Positions 50,451-62,199 of a DNA stretch of 64,000 nucleotides are shown here, piece by piece (the stretch's first letter is position 1; each line of letters begins with the position of its first letter). The notes below the pieces were generated by a model that saw only the letters and a list, made by a program, of their open reading frames with translations, did no database searches and had not been told where the DNA came from. Source of the stretch: Gammaproteobacteria bacterium (GTDB lineage Bacteria; Pseudomonadota; Gammaproteobacteria; Eutrophobiales; Eutrophobiaceae); the NCBI GenBank assembly GCA_965240365.1, contig OZ251218.1:258689-322688 (forward strand). The letters are read 5' to 3'. A program made the position numbers and the translations under genes.

Positions 50451-51697
50451 TTATGTTTGTTCAATTTGCCGTGTCCGGTCCGTGGGCGGGATTCTCAAAG
50501 GATCGGACGGCGTGAGCTCTACTTCATAGCGCGGAGTAAACGTTACGTTGCTAACCCGAGCCCCCTGAACACGATCGACACGGTAACTGCGGTGTTCGTC
50601 TTTGTTGGTATTCCATGCATGCAGAATGAGATGGTCTTCCTGTGTCCGCCGCAGCGAATAAGGTTCTATGCGTCTGGTCGAACCCTGGTAGTCCAGATCG
50701 ACACAGAGTCTGTTTGATGCGGCAAAACGGATGATTTCCAGGTAGTTTTGCTCTGTTTTGCTAACAGGAAGACGCAGTGAGCGTTCGCGAATAACGCTCT
50801 CGCCCGGCACCATTGTAAAGGCCGCGGGTATCTGCGCGACTTCGCCACCAGGCAGCCAGGTGAAAAACTCATCCAGAGCCTCCCAAAAGATTTTGATGGA
50901 TGGCAACGCGGGTAGCTGGTGGGCGAGCATAGTGGACCAGCCGCCAGCAAGGTTGTCGTAGTGGCCGTCAAGATCCTCGCGTTTCGGGACATCAATATCC
51001 TTGAATTCGCACTTTTGCCGAAGCACGTCGAGTAAAACGGATGCTGACGGACGGGTTTCGGTATTCCGGTAAAGGTTGATGACATCATAGAGGTCGCGCG
51101 GCCTCGCCCGTTCGGCGAGCGCGCGCACCTTTTCGCCAAACGCTTCTTCGTAGGCATAAGCGAGCACGGTGATACCATCTTCCGGGCAATCGCTGTAGGG
51201 GTGAAAGATGGGGACTTGCGCGGGCGATAGCACAAGAACCTCGTCCGCGGTGAGGTCCAGTTTAATCCGTGGCAGGGCCGATTTTGGAGAGACCGGTCCG
51301 CAATAGCTAAGCCTGCCCTGACAGCTTTTGTTGCCACGGGGATTTTCATAGGCCTCAAAATCCTGCTTATCGGCAACAAGTTCGAGACCGGCGCGTTCGT
51401 AGACCCACTCGGATATTTCGCCGAACACCCACTTCAGAAACGCCTCGTCAAGGTGAGCGGGTTCGGTCAGGGTGAAGTCGAGGTCTTCGGAAAAGCGGTA
51501 GGTTTCGAAGAAGTATTTTTTGAGACAGGTGCCACCCTTGAATACCCAGTGCTCGCGCAGTTCGTTATGCGCATAGATGCCGGCAAGCACCCACCGAGCG
51601 CATAGTCCTTCTCGACCACTTGAGGATTGAGGCCCAATATGCGGGCGATGTCGAGTAGTTCGCGCTTGCCGATCACGCCCGGCGCTCCCGCACCCAA
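50451..51697 (-). pseudogene. AbiEii/DUF1814 nucleotidyltransferase toxin with a C-terminal WYL-like domain; frameshifted by a 1-nt deletion near codon 30
   Basis: NTase motif FKGGTCLKKYF...RFSEDLDF. The C-terminal tail carries WYL-like RRIEPYSL...LILHAW...RSYRVDRV. Two overlapping minus-strand frames join at ggtgggtg; ggttgggtg is expected for ALGWVLAG. Confidence 0.65.
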
Positions 51698-52515
51698 CGG
51701 GCCGGAACGCGGAGTCTCCAGCGCGTGACGAGGCGCTTGTTGTCGAGCGCAGGGTCAAGCTGTGCGTGGCCCCTGGTCAGTCTCTGCCGGCAGCCTTCAA
51801 CCAGTTCGCTGGCCGTGACTTCGGTCTCAGCGAGAAAACCAAGACGCTTGAATACCGCGCCGTTGCCGAGCTTTTCCGCGTATGCAAGGAGCAACTCATC
51901 GTTGCGATCCTGGCGTTTGAAGTAAGCGGCGAGACAGTCGGCTACATGCTGAATGCCACCGCCTATCGGCGGTTCGTCGAGCATATCGATGATGGTGCGA
52001 TGGACATCCGACACCGCAATTCTTGTCCGGCCGCGCCAGACGGCCCTGGTTCCGAAGAAGAATTTTTTATCCCTGTGACGAAGAGTGAAAACCGTGCCCT
52101 GCCGTTCCAGCGCAGCCCGCCTGACGGCCCTTGCGGTAAAGACAAGAATGTCGCGAAATATCTGCTCGGTCAGATCCCAATGCTCGGCGGCGGTCCTGCC
52201 GCCGATGTAGGCGGGCTCAAAGAGCGCCGGGACCAATATCCAGGGGTCTTGTATCACCTGCCCGGCATCAAGCATTTCGATCGGCACAGGCACATAAACT
52301 CCCGGCCCGATGCGGCGAAGCCAGCCTTGAGAGACCCACCTGGAAAGCATCTTGGCCGCTTGTGTTCGGGTAAGGCGCAGGGTCTCGGCAGCGTCTTCAA
52401 TATGCACGAGATCGCTTGCCGCACCGACAACGGCAGCGAGGGCGGCCCTTCCGGCGGGCAATGTCTCAGGCGCATTCTTCATAATATAGTATAATATTAC
52501 TTCAAAAATTCGCAA
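51673..52515 (-). CDS. AbiEi-family antitoxin/transcriptional regulator (type IV toxin-antitoxin)
   Basis: An N-terminal winged HTH plus a C-terminal AbiEi-type domain, directly upstream of and overlapping the AbiEii gene. A 14-bp palindrome, AAATTCGCGAATTT, lies in its promoter at 52579-52592. Confidence 0.65.
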   Translation of the reverse strand: MRIFEVILYYIMKNAPETLPAGRAALAAVVGAASDLVHIEDAAETLRLTRTQAAKMLSRWVSQGWLRRIGPGVYVPVPIEMLDAGQVIQDPWILVPALFEPAYIGGRTAAEHWDLTEQIFRDILVFTARAVRRAALERQGTVFTLRHRDKKFFFGTRAVWRGRTRIAVSDVHRTIIDMLDEPPIGGGIQHVADCLAAYFKRQDRNDELLLAYAEKLGNGAVFKRLGFLAETEVTASELVEGCRQRLTRGHAQLDPALDNKRLVTRWRLRVPARWVRERRA

Positions 52516-52753
52516 TAATAAGGAATTTTAGTAATCATACTGTACTAAAATGATATAGCTTTGCCACGAAAATTCGCTAAATTCGCGAATTTTTGCAGTG
52601 GAAATATATCTGCCAGGCATCTAACCTTGTGCCAGTTACCTTCGCAAGGCAACAATGATTTCCAGTTCTTCCAATATTACGGTGTATGTGAATAGCTTTG
52701 AGGTGTATTCCGGCAGCGCATCGTCCGCCTCGCATGCCCCTTGCAGAACCGCC

Positions 52754-54010
52754 TCAGTTTCCGGAGCGCGGGGCGGGGCGCTGCCGGGAGCGGCGTTTCT
52801 TTTTTGGCGCCGGCCGGCGGCGGCGCTCTGCCACCGGCGGTTGGGGCGTGATCAGCAGCGCCTCGGTGATGGCCGCCGTCGGGATCGAATAGCCAATGTA
52901 GGATTCTATGTCCATCAGTGAATAGACATAGTTCTCGCAGGCAAAACTCACGGCATCGCCGCTCGCCCCGGCCCGCGCGGTGCGGCCTATGCGATGCACA
53001 TAGTCTTCCGAGTTCTGCGGCAGGTCATAATTAAAGACATGGCTCACATCCGGGATATGCAGGCCCCGCGCGGCCAGGTCGGTGGCGACCAGCACCTTCA
53101 AATCGCCCTTGCTGAAGGCGTTGAATAGACGCTGCCGCTGCCTTTGCGGGACATCGCCGGAGAGGACCGCGGCCTGTACATCATTGCCGGCCAGATACGA
53201 CCAGACGCGCTCGGCGACCCGTTTTGTGTTGACGAAGACAATGCTCCGGTTCGGTTTCACACTTTTCAACAGGCCCAGCAATAACGGCACCTTCTCGTCA
53301 TTGGCAACGTGATAGAGCACCTGACTGACCTTGTCAACGGTGAGCTTGTCCGGATTTATCCTGACCAGGGTCGGGCTGTTCATGTGCTCATAGGCCAGTT
53401 CCATCACCCGGTAAGACAAGGTCGCCGAAAACAGCATATTGCGCCGTTTTTCGGGGCGCGGCATGCGCCGCAGCAGATAACGGATATCGCTGATGAAGCC
53501 CAGGTCAAACATCCGGTCGGCCTCGTCCAGCACCACGACCTCGATCTGCTTCAAATTAAACAGGCGCTGCTTGAAATAGTCGATAGTGCGGCCGGGCGTG
53601 CCGACCAGGATATCGACCCCCTCTTTCAGCGCCGCGCGCTGCTTGTCATAGTCTATGCCGCCATAAACCAGCCCCAGCCTTAAACCGCAGTAGTGGTTGA
53701 AGAGTTCGGCGTCCTTGTGGATCTGGATCGCCAGTTCGCGCGTGGGCGCGATGATCAAGGCCCGCAGGCCGGTTTCCCTTTTGCGGTGATTGTTGAGCAG
53801 GAAGTGATAGGTTGACAATAGAAACGCGGCGGTCTTGCCCGTGCCGGTCTGGGCCTGGCCGGCAATATCGTGCCCTTGCAGCATTAACGGCAGACACTCG
53901 GCCTGAATTGGCGTACAATGGCTGAAATCAATTTCATCCAGGCGTTTCAGAAGGCGCTCATCCAGCGCAAACTGTCTGAATTCTGGCAGTTTATTCGGGT
54001 TTGTGGTCAT
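52754..54010 (-). CDS. rhlB: ATP-dependent RNA helicase RhlB (DEAD-box)
   Basis: Q-motif, AQTGTGKT, DEAD, SAT and HRIGRTAR motifs, and an Arg/Lys-rich C-tail. It is divergent from trxA-rho, the conserved synteny. Confidence 0.9.
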   Translation of the reverse strand: MTTNPNKLPEFRQFALDERLLKRLDEIDFSHCTPIQAECLPLMLQGHDIAGQAQTGTGKTAAFLLSTYHFLLNNHRKRETGLRALIIAPTRELAIQIHKDAELFNHYCGLRLGLVYGGIDYDKQRAALKEGVDILVGTPGRTIDYFKQRLFNLKQIEVVVLDEADRMFDLGFISDIRYLLRRMPRPEKRRNMLFSATLSYRVMELAYEHMNSPTLVRINPDKLTVDKVSQVLYHVANDEKVPLLLGLLKSVKPNRSIVFVNTKRVAERVWSYLAGNDVQAAVLSGDVPQRQRQRLFNAFSKGDLKVLVATDLAARGLHIPDVSHVFNYDLPQNSEDYVHRIGRTARAGASGDAVSFACENYVYSLMDIESYIGYSIPTAAITEALLITPQPPVAERRRRPAPKKKRRSRQRPAPRSGN

Positions 54011-54111
54011 TTTTTTTCGGGAAATTTAATGGGGAGCGCATGTCCGGCTTGCAATTAATGTCCAATTTCGATGAAATTGCGGTTTCACACAACGACAGGA
54101 TGACATGATCA

Positions 54112-54438
54112 ATGAGCGATACCATAGTACATATTACAGATTCCAGCTTTGAAGATGAAGTCTTAAAATCAGAACAGCCCGTAATCCTGGATTTTTGGGC
54201 GGAATGGTGCGGCCCCTGCAAGATGATCGCGCCGATCCTGGATGAACTGGCCGAACAATATAAGGGCAAATTGACCGTTGCCAAGATCAATATTGACGAG
54301 AATCAAAACACGGCCGAGACTTACGCGGTCAGGGGTATCCCGACCCTGATCCTGTTCAAGGACGGGGATGTGGCGGCCACCAAGGTCGGCGCCGCCTCAA
54401 AATCGCAACTGGAAGCCTTTATCGACACCAATATCTGA
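54112..54438 (+). CDS. trxA: thioredoxin
   Basis: WCGPC active site; 108 aa. Confidence 0.95.
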   Translation: MSDTIVHITDSSFEDEVLKSEQPVILDFWAEWCGPCKMIAPILDELAEQYKGKLTVAKINIDENQNTAETYAVRGIPTLILFKDGDVAATKVGAASKSQLEAFIDTNI

Positions 54439-54620
54439 ACAGCGCCAGACAGGATAAATTTAACTGGACGAATGCCGGATCGCGTGCTAATTTAAAAAAG
54501 CGCCGGTATAATTCTCAACCGAAACACCAAACCCCCTTTTTCTTTAATCAATAAACGAATTTAGCGGCCGCCGCCCGTCTGCCGCCTGTTAAATCCAGAC
54601 CCGACAACCCACAGCCAGTA

Positions 54621-55886
<1,266 letters not shown>

Positions 55887-55904
55887 GCCGGCCGGAATAA
55901 TTTA

Positions 55905-55990
55905 TTTAGTTGTCATTCCCGCCTGCTTACAGCAGGCGGGAATGTATATTAAAAACCACTGGATTCCAGCTTTCGCTGGAATGACAGCGG
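55905..55990. repeat. partial MITE copy (units B+A) after rho
   Basis: gtcattcccgcctgcttacagcaggcgggaatg...ggattccagctttcgctggaatgac. Confidence 0.6.
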
Positions 55991-56058
55991 GGTTTCGGTT
56001 TACTTTCTATTTCTTCATTTTATTTCCGTCAATAACAGGCAGACACATTATCTAACAG

Positions 56059-56631
56059 GTGAGCAGACCGATACCGAAACGCTATAATCACTTTGGGCGG
56101 TTTTTATCCATGCCGGCAAAGTCCGCGAATGATGATATTCAACTGGCCTGCCTGGCCTTTGCGCCGATACTGTTGTCCGTAACAACGGCGCCGTATTTGC
56201 TCGCTACCGGGCTGTTGATCGTGTTGCTGTCTCTCTCGCTCGGTCTTTTTTTCTATCTGTTGCGTTCTTTTATCCCGCCGCGGCAAAGGCTGGTGTCCAT
56301 CATGCTGATGGGCGCGGGGTTGATCCTCACAAGCCGCCTGCTGCTTGAGGCAATGGCTTATCCCTGGCTGCAGGAGATCGGCGTATTATTCCCGTTATTG
56401 CTGTTTAACAGCTATATACTGTCAAACACGGAAGCCGTCTTTTCCCTGCCGGACGGCGGCGCGCTGCTGAAGACCCTGTTGCGCTCCGGCCTTGCCATCC
56501 TGGCCTTGTTCGCCTTGTTTGCCGCCGTGCTCGGCCTTTTGCGGCCCCTGGCGTGGTCAATCACGCCGCCGGCCTGGCTTTTTATTGCCGCGTTTATGCT
56601 GGCGGCAAATAATTATTTGAAGTCGTACTGA
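56059..56631 (+). CDS. Rnf/Nqr-family membrane subunit, RnfE/RsxE-like, orphan
   Basis: A six-TM protein whose helix pattern aligns with RsxE (LLSVTT..., VLFPLLLFNSYILSNTEAVF versus IFIPLIVTNCIVVGRAEAF). It sits next to nth as rsxE does in Escherichia coli, but no other rnf genes are present. Confidence 0.5.
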   Translation: MSRPIPKRYNHFGRFLSMPAKSANDDIQLACLAFAPILLSVTTAPYLLATGLLIVLLSLSLGLFFYLLRSFIPPRQRLVSIMLMGAGLILTSRLLLEAMAYPWLQEIGVLFPLLLFNSYILSNTEAVFSLPDGGALLKTLLRSGLAILALFALFAAVLGLLRPLAWSITPPAWLFIAAFMLAANNYLKSY

Positions 56632-56691
56632 ACAAATTGCCCGCGGTTCTTCAAGACCCGCCTCTTCAAAACAAACCGGGGCCCGCTATTC

Positions 56692-57339
56692 TTGAACAGA
56701 GAAAAACGCATCCGCATCTTTGCAAAACTCCGCCGGCAGAATCCGGCGCCGACCACGGAGTTGATCTATAATTCGCCGTTTGAATTACTGATCGCGGTGA
56801 TACTCTCCGCCCAGGCGACCGATGTCAGTGTCAATAAGGCCACGCGCAAACTGTATCCCATCGCCAATACGCCCGAGGCCATCGTCGGCCTGGGGGTGGA
56901 ACGGTTAAAGACCTATATCAAGACCATCGGCTTATACAATAACAAGGCAAAAAATATCATCGCCTGTTGCGGTCTGCTGCTGGAAAAACATAACGGCCGG
57001 GTGCCGGCAGAGCGCGAGGCGCTGGAGAGCCTGCCGGGCGTGGGCAGGAAGACGGCCAACGTGATCCTGAATACGGCCTTTGGCGAGCCGACCATCGCCG
57101 TTGACACCCATATATTCAGGGTTTCGAACCGGACCGGCATCGCGCCCGGCAAAAACGTCAACGAGGTTGAAGCAAAACTGCTTAAATTCGTGCCGGAGGA
57201 ATTTAAAAAAAACGCCCATCACTGGCTGATCCTGCACGGCCGCTATGTCTGCATTGCCCGCAAGCCCAAGTGCGGCGCCTGCATTATCTACACCGAATGC
57301 GAGTGGCAGGACCGTGGGAAGTACGCGGGGGCAAGCTGA
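56692..57339 (+). CDS. nth: endonuclease III (DNA glycosylase/AP lyase)
   Basis: HhH-GPD motif LPGVGRKTANVIL and [4Fe-4S] ligands C-x6-C-x2-C-x5-C (CIARKPKCGACIIYTEC). Confidence 0.9.
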   Translation: MNREKRIRIFAKLRRQNPAPTTELIYNSPFELLIAVILSAQATDVSVNKATRKLYPIANTPEAIVGLGVERLKTYIKTIGLYNNKAKNIIACCGLLLEKHNGRVPAEREALESLPGVGRKTANVILNTAFGEPTIAVDTHIFRVSNRTGIAPGKNVNEVEAKLLKFVPEEFKKNAHHWLILHGRYVCIARKPKCGACIIYTECEWQDRGKYAGAS

Positions 57340-57438
57340 AAGTAATGCATTTGTTGTGATTCCCGCATAAGCGGGAATGACCATAATGACGGCAGGGGTG
57401 TCCGGGCTCATACTTATGAGACAAATCAGGCAGGCTGG

Positions 57439-57592
57439 TTAAGGAAACTCTGATTGAATCAGGGTTTCCTGCGGTAGAGGGACGTACCGCCCCAGAATCA
57501 ATAACTTGGCAATGATGCAAGTCATTGATTTTGAAGCCCTGCCTGCTGCAGGCAGGGAAATCCAGGATGGATTTATTCAGAGCTTCCTTAAG
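57439..57592. mobile_element. MITE-like element 'E' copy 3 (TTAA-flanked), with its third hairpin replaced by the palindromic unit
   Basis: ggTTAAggaaactctgattgaatcagggtttcc...ccctgcctgctgcaggcaggg...tcagagcttccTTAAgc. Confidence 0.7.
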
Positions 57593-57645
57593 CAGATTTA
57601 TGGGTGGTTCTGATTGACCCGTTGCTGACAGGCAGGGATGAGGCT

Positions 57646-58362
57646 TCAGTGCAGGTTTCCCCGGCCCCGAAGCTCGGTAAATTTCATTTTGACGCCAACC
57701 AGTTCGATCAGATCATCATGCCTGAGTCGGCGGGCTTCGCGCCCGACCGCTTCCCCGTTGACCACCGGGCGCTGCTTGCCGTCGCCATCGGCGGCGACAT
57801 GAATCAAAAAATAACCCTGGGCGCGGCGTGATATCAAGGCCACCTGAATACCGGGTTTGCCAAGCATGATCAGGGCCTTGCCGAGGTCCAGTATCTGCCC
57901 CGCGAAAGGGCCGCCCACGGCCGTCAGGCGGCCGAGAGGCGTCGCCCCGGCGGTGGTTGGATTGTTAACCGGGGCGATCGCCCGCTCCGCCTTCCGGGCG
58001 GCGGCCACGGCCGCGCTGGCCGAACCCGGCTTGATGACGAGACTTCTGGCAAACGTATTATCGGCCACGCTTTCGAGTTCTTCCACATACTTTAATGTAT
58101 GCTTGCCGATCTTGATAACATCGCCGTCCTTGAGCACATGCTTTTTCACCAGCTTGCCGTTGACATAGGTGCCGTTGGTGGTGCCCAGGTCTTCCAGAAA
58201 GGAGTCATTCATTATCGTGATCGCCAGCGCATGCTTGCGGCTGACCGCCAGATTGTCAATTTGAATGTCATTGCCGGGTTTGCGCCCAATCGTCACCCGC
58301 TCCTTGTTGAGCTGGTATTCGCCCTGCGCCAGCCCGTTAATACTCAGAACCAACTTTGCCAT
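57646..58362 (-). CDS. tandem FHA-domain protein
   Basis: N-terminal FHA (VTIGRKPGNDIQIDNLAVSRKHALAI...GTTNGTYVNG) and a second FHA-like C-terminal module (VVNGEAVGR...HDDLIEL). Confidence 0.75.
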   Translation of the reverse strand: MAKLVLSINGLAQGEYQLNKERVTIGRKPGNDIQIDNLAVSRKHALAITIMNDSFLEDLGTTNGTYVNGKLVKKHVLKDGDVIKIGKHTLKYVEELESVADNTFARSLVIKPGSASAAVAAARKAERAIAPVNNPTTAGATPLGRLTAVGGPFAGQILDLGKALIMLGKPGIQVALISRRAQGYFLIHVAADGDGKQRPVVNGEAVGREARRLRHDDLIELVGVKMKFTELRGRGNLH

Positions 58363-58496
58363 TACTCATTCCCGCCCCTTGTTTCATCAGGTAATCCGGC
58401 GCCTGCCCGCGGCAGGTCGGCCTGTTTAATTATCATGTTAATACAATCCGCGAATTGTTACGGATTCAGGCCAGAAGTGCAACTTCAGGGCGTCTT

Positions 58497-60206
58497 TCAT
58501 TCGGAGAGCCTGGCGCGGATAAACTCAATGGCCTGATCCAGCGCGACGGTCTGACTGTCGCTGTCAGAGCGGGCCTTGTATTCCAGTTCGCCGTTGTCAA
58601 GCCCGCGCTCGCTAAACACCAGGCGGTGCGGAACGCCGATCAGTTCGGCATCAGCAAACATCACGCCGGGCCGCGCCTTGCGGTCATACAACAGGACCTC
58701 GACCCCGGCCGCCTGCAAGGCCGTATAAAGCGGCAGAACCGCCGCGCTCAGGCGTTGCGATTTGTGCATATTAATGGGTATCAGCGCCAGTTCAAACGGG
58801 GCGATCCGGGCCGGCCAGGCAATGCCTTTGGCGTCATGGTTTTGCTCAATGGCGGCGGCCACGATCCGGGACACGCCGATGCCGTAACAGCCCATCGCCA
58901 GCGTGACCGCCTGACCCTGCTCGTCCAGACACACGGCCTTCATGCTGCGGCTGTATTCGCGCCCCAGGCGGAAGATATGCCCGACCTCGATGCCGCGCGC
59001 CAGGGTCAATGGTCCTGAACCGTCCGGCGCCCGGTCGCCCGCGCAAACATTGCGGATATCGACCGGTTCCGGCAGGGGCAGATCCCGGCCCCAATTGACC
59101 CCGCAGAGGTGTTTATCGTTTTCATTGGCGCCGCAGACAAAATCGGCAAGGGCGGCCGCGCCGTGATCCACAAATAGCGGGATGGCCAGATTCACCGGCC
59201 CGATCGAGCCAATATCGCAGCCCAGCCCGGCCTTGATGTCCTCATTTCCGGCCAGGCAGAGGGGGGCCATGATCCCTTCGAGTTTCTCCGCCTTCACGCG
59301 GTTCAGGCTGTGATCGCCCCTGAGCGCCAGCGCGGCCAGCCCGCCGCCTTCGGCCTTGACGATCAGGGTCTTCAGGCAATTTGCCGCGGCCACATTCAGG
59401 AATTGGCACAGCGCCTCTATGGTATGCTGGCCGGGCGTATCGACTTTTTGCATGGGCCGGCCGGGCGCTGGCCGGGCAACAGCCGGGCGGGCTGCCTCGG
59501 CCCGGTCAATATTGGCCGCATAGCCGCCGTTCTCCGTAAACGCGATCAGATCTTCGCCGGACTCGGCCAGCACATGGAATTCATGCGATGTATTGCCGCC
59601 GATGTTGCCGGAATCGGCCAGCACGGCCCGGTATTCCAGTCCGAGCCGCGAGAATATCCGGCAATAGCTCTGATACATTTGCTCATAGGTCTCGCTCAGC
59701 GAGGCCTCGCTCAAATGAAAGGAATAGGCGTCCTTCATGAGGAACTCGCGCGCGCGCATGATGCCGAAGCGCGGCCGTATCTCGTCCCGAAACTTGGTCT
59801 GGATCTGGTAGAAGTTGACGGGTAATTGTTTATAGCTGCGGATCTCGCGCCGCGCCAGGTCGGTGATGATCTCTTCATGGGTCGGGCCGAAACAGAATTC
59901 GCGCTCATGCCGGTCATGGATGCGCAATAGTTCGGGGCCGTACTTTTCCCAACGCCCGGACTCCTGCCACAACTCGGCCGGCTGTACGGCCGGCATCATG
60001 ATCTCCTGCGCGCCGGCCCGGTCCATCTCTTCCCGGACGATCCGTTCCACCTTGCGCAACACGCGCAGGCCGAGCGGCAGCCAGGTATAAATGCCGGCCG
60101 CCAGTTGCCGGATCAGGCCGGCCCGCAGCATCAGTTTATGGCTGATGATCTCGGCATCGGCCGGCGCCTCGCGCAAGGTGGCAGTCAATAATTGTGATGT
60201 CTTCAT
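58497..60206 (-). CDS. proS: proline--tRNA ligase
   Basis: Class II aaRS motifs, an editing-domain insertion, and the bacterial-type 569-aa length. Confidence 0.9.
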   Translation of the reverse strand: MKTSQLLTATLREAPADAEIISHKLMLRAGLIRQLAAGIYTWLPLGLRVLRKVERIVREEMDRAGAQEIMMPAVQPAELWQESGRWEKYGPELLRIHDRHEREFCFGPTHEEIITDLARREIRSYKQLPVNFYQIQTKFRDEIRPRFGIMRAREFLMKDAYSFHLSEASLSETYEQMYQSYCRIFSRLGLEYRAVLADSGNIGGNTSHEFHVLAESGEDLIAFTENGGYAANIDRAEAARPAVARPAPGRPMQKVDTPGQHTIEALCQFLNVAAANCLKTLIVKAEGGGLAALALRGDHSLNRVKAEKLEGIMAPLCLAGNEDIKAGLGCDIGSIGPVNLAIPLFVDHGAAALADFVCGANENDKHLCGVNWGRDLPLPEPVDIRNVCAGDRAPDGSGPLTLARGIEVGHIFRLGREYSRSMKAVCLDEQGQAVTLAMGCYGIGVSRIVAAAIEQNHDAKGIAWPARIAPFELALIPINMHKSQRLSAAVLPLYTALQAAGVEVLLYDRKARPGVMFADAELIGVPHRLVFSERGLDNGELEYKARSDSDSQTVALDQAIEFIRARLSE

Positions 60207-60423
60207 AGTGTTATCCTGCTTGCCGGGCGCATAATGCGTCTGAATTCAGCAAAAGGCTTGCCCGGCGCGGCACTATAAACGGAATCGGGCAGAAGGGTAA
60301 GCGTAAATCCCGCCCGGCCCTGAAAAACAGGGGCGGGATGATAAATGGACGCAAGTCTTTGTCTGCCTGTTCTGTTTAGCGCTTCCCCAATAAATCGCAG
60401 ACACGGCTTGACCTTGTGCCGGA

Positions 60424-62199
60424 TTGTCAGTAACTTTCGGCAGTTTCGGCAACATAACAGGGCAATCACCAGTGGCAAAGCAAAATGAAATATTGCGCGG
60501 CGCGGAAATCTTCTGCCGGGCATTGAAAGATGAAGGCGTCAAACATCTGTTTGGCTATCCCGGCGGCGCCGTGCTGCATATCTATGACGAGTTGTACAAG
60601 CAGGATGCGGTCGAGCATATCCTGGTGCGGCACGAGCAGGGCGCGAGCCATGCCGCGGACGGCTACGCGCGCGCCACGGGCAGGCCCGGCGTGGTGCTGG
60701 TCACCTCCGGGCCGGGCGCGACCAATACCGTGACCGGCATCGCCACGGCCTATATGGATTCGATCCCGCTGGTGGTGTTTACCGGCCAGGTCGCAACCCA
60801 CATGATCGGCAACGACGCCTTTCAGGAGGTCGATTCGATCGGCATTACCCGGCCCTGCGTCAAGCATAATTTCCTGGTCAATCATGTCTCGGAACTGGCC
60901 ATGACCATTAAAAAGGCGTTCTATATCGCCACCAGCGGCCGCCCCGGCCCGGTCGTGGTGGATATTCCAAAGGATGTCACGGCCGATTCCTGTGCGTATC
61001 ATTACCCGAAACAGATCGACCTGCGTTCCTACCGGCCGGTCGTCAAGGGCCACCCCGGCCAGATCAAAAAGGCCGTGAAGCTGATCCTGGCGGCCAAAAA
61101 ACCGATGATCTATTCGGGCGGCGGCGTCATCCTCGGCGAGGCCAGCGCGGAGCTGACCGAATTCTGCCGCCTGCTGGGTTATCCGGTCACCAATACCCTC
61201 ATGGGGCTCGGCGCCTTCCCGGCCACAGACAGGCAGTTTACCGGCATGCTGGGCATGCACGGCACTTACGAGGCCAATATGGCCATGCATCATTGTGATG
61301 TGCTGATCGCAATCGGCGCCCGCTTTGACGACCGGGTCACGGGCGATCTGGAAAAATTCTGCCCCTATGCGCGCATCGTGCATATTGATGTGGATCCGTC
61401 CTCTATCGGGAAGAATGTGCAGGTCGAGGTCCCGATCGTGGGGGACGTGAAGCATGTCCTGGCAGATATGATCAAGCTCCTGAAGGACGGCAAGGCGCGG
61501 CCGGACGCGGCCGCGCTGGAGGCCTGGTGGGCGCAGGTGCATGACTGGGCCGCCATCGACTGTCTCAGATATGACCGCGATACCACCGTGATCAAGCCGC
61601 AGTATGTCATCGAAAAGCTGTGCGAACTGACCAACGGCGACGCCTATGTGACTTCGGACGTGGGCCAGCATCAGATGTGGGCCGCCCAGTTTTATCAATT
61701 CAACAAGCCGCGCCGCTGGATCAATTCGGGCGGCCTCGGCACCATGGGCTTTGGCCTGCCCGCGGCCATGGGCGTCAAGCTGGCCTTCCCCGAAGAAACG
61801 GTCTGTTGCGTCACGGGCGAGGCCAGTCTGGTCATGTGCATCCAGGAATTATCGACCTGTCTGCAATACAACACGCCGGTCAAGATCATCAGCCTCAATA
61901 ACCGCTATATGGGCATGGTCAGGCAATGGCAGGAGTTCTTTTATTCGAGCCGCTATTCGCATTCCTACATGGACGCCCTGCCGGATTTTGTCAAGCTGGC
62001 GGAGAGCTATGGCCACGTGGGCATGCATATCGAAAAGAGCGCCGATGTCGAGGCCGCGCTGCAAGAGGCGCTGGCGCAGAAAGAACGCACGGTGCTGATG
62101 GACTTTGTGACCGACCAGACCGAAAACGTGTACCCCATGATCGCCTCGGGCAAGGGCCACCATGAAATGCACCTGTCCACGGAACGGGAACTGGCCTGA
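60424..62199 (+). CDS. ilvI: acetolactate synthase large subunit (biosynthetic type)
   Basis: TPP-binding GDG...N motif region and FAD-binding domain. Followed by the small subunit and ilvC. The start may be the GTG at 60472 rather than the ATG at 60424. Confidence 0.9.
   Translation: MSVTFGSFGNITGQSPVAKQNEILRGAEIFCRALKDEGVKHLFGYPGGAVLHIYDELYKQDAVEHILVRHEQGASHAADGYARATGRPGVVLVTSGPGATNTVTGIATAYMDSIPLVVFTGQVATHMIGNDAFQEVDSIGITRPCVKHNFLVNHVSELAMTIKKAFYIATSGRPGPVVVDIPKDVTADSCAYHYPKQIDLRSYRPVVKGHPGQIKKAVKLILAAKKPMIYSGGGVILGEASAELTEFCRLLGYPVTNTLMGLGAFPATDRQFTGMLGMHGTYEANMAMHHCDVLIAIGARFDDRVTGDLEKFCPYARIVHIDVDPSSIGKNVQVEVPIVGDVKHVLADMIKLLKDGKARPDAAALEAWWAQVHDWAAIDCLRYDRDTTVIKPQYVIEKLCELTNGDAYVTSDVGQHQMWAAQFYQFNKPRRWINSGGLGTMGFGLPAAMGVKLAFPEETVCCVTGEASLVMCIQELSTCLQYNTPVKIISLNNRYMGMVRQWQEFFYSSRYSHSYMDALPDFVKLAESYGHVGMHIEKSADVEAALQEALAQKERTVLMDFVTDQTENVYPMIASGKGHHEMHLSTERELA

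Noticed and set aside
50204-50515. 103-aa plus-strand ORF between the Phd antitoxin and the AbiEii gene
   Set aside because: It overlaps the C-terminus of the longer AbiEii frame and has no motif or RBS support. A small gene here cannot be fully excluded.
60207-60423. Hairpin ATCCCGCCCggccctgaaaaacaggGGCGGGAT upstream of ilvI as a transcription attenuator
   Set aside because: No leader peptide rich in branched-chain residues and no following T-run could be identified by eye, so it stays unassigned.
60203-60523. 106-aa minus-strand ORF upstream of proS and overlapping the ilvI start
   Set aside because: It lies in the ilv leader and promoter region and overlaps the start of a real gene. Its composition is atypical.
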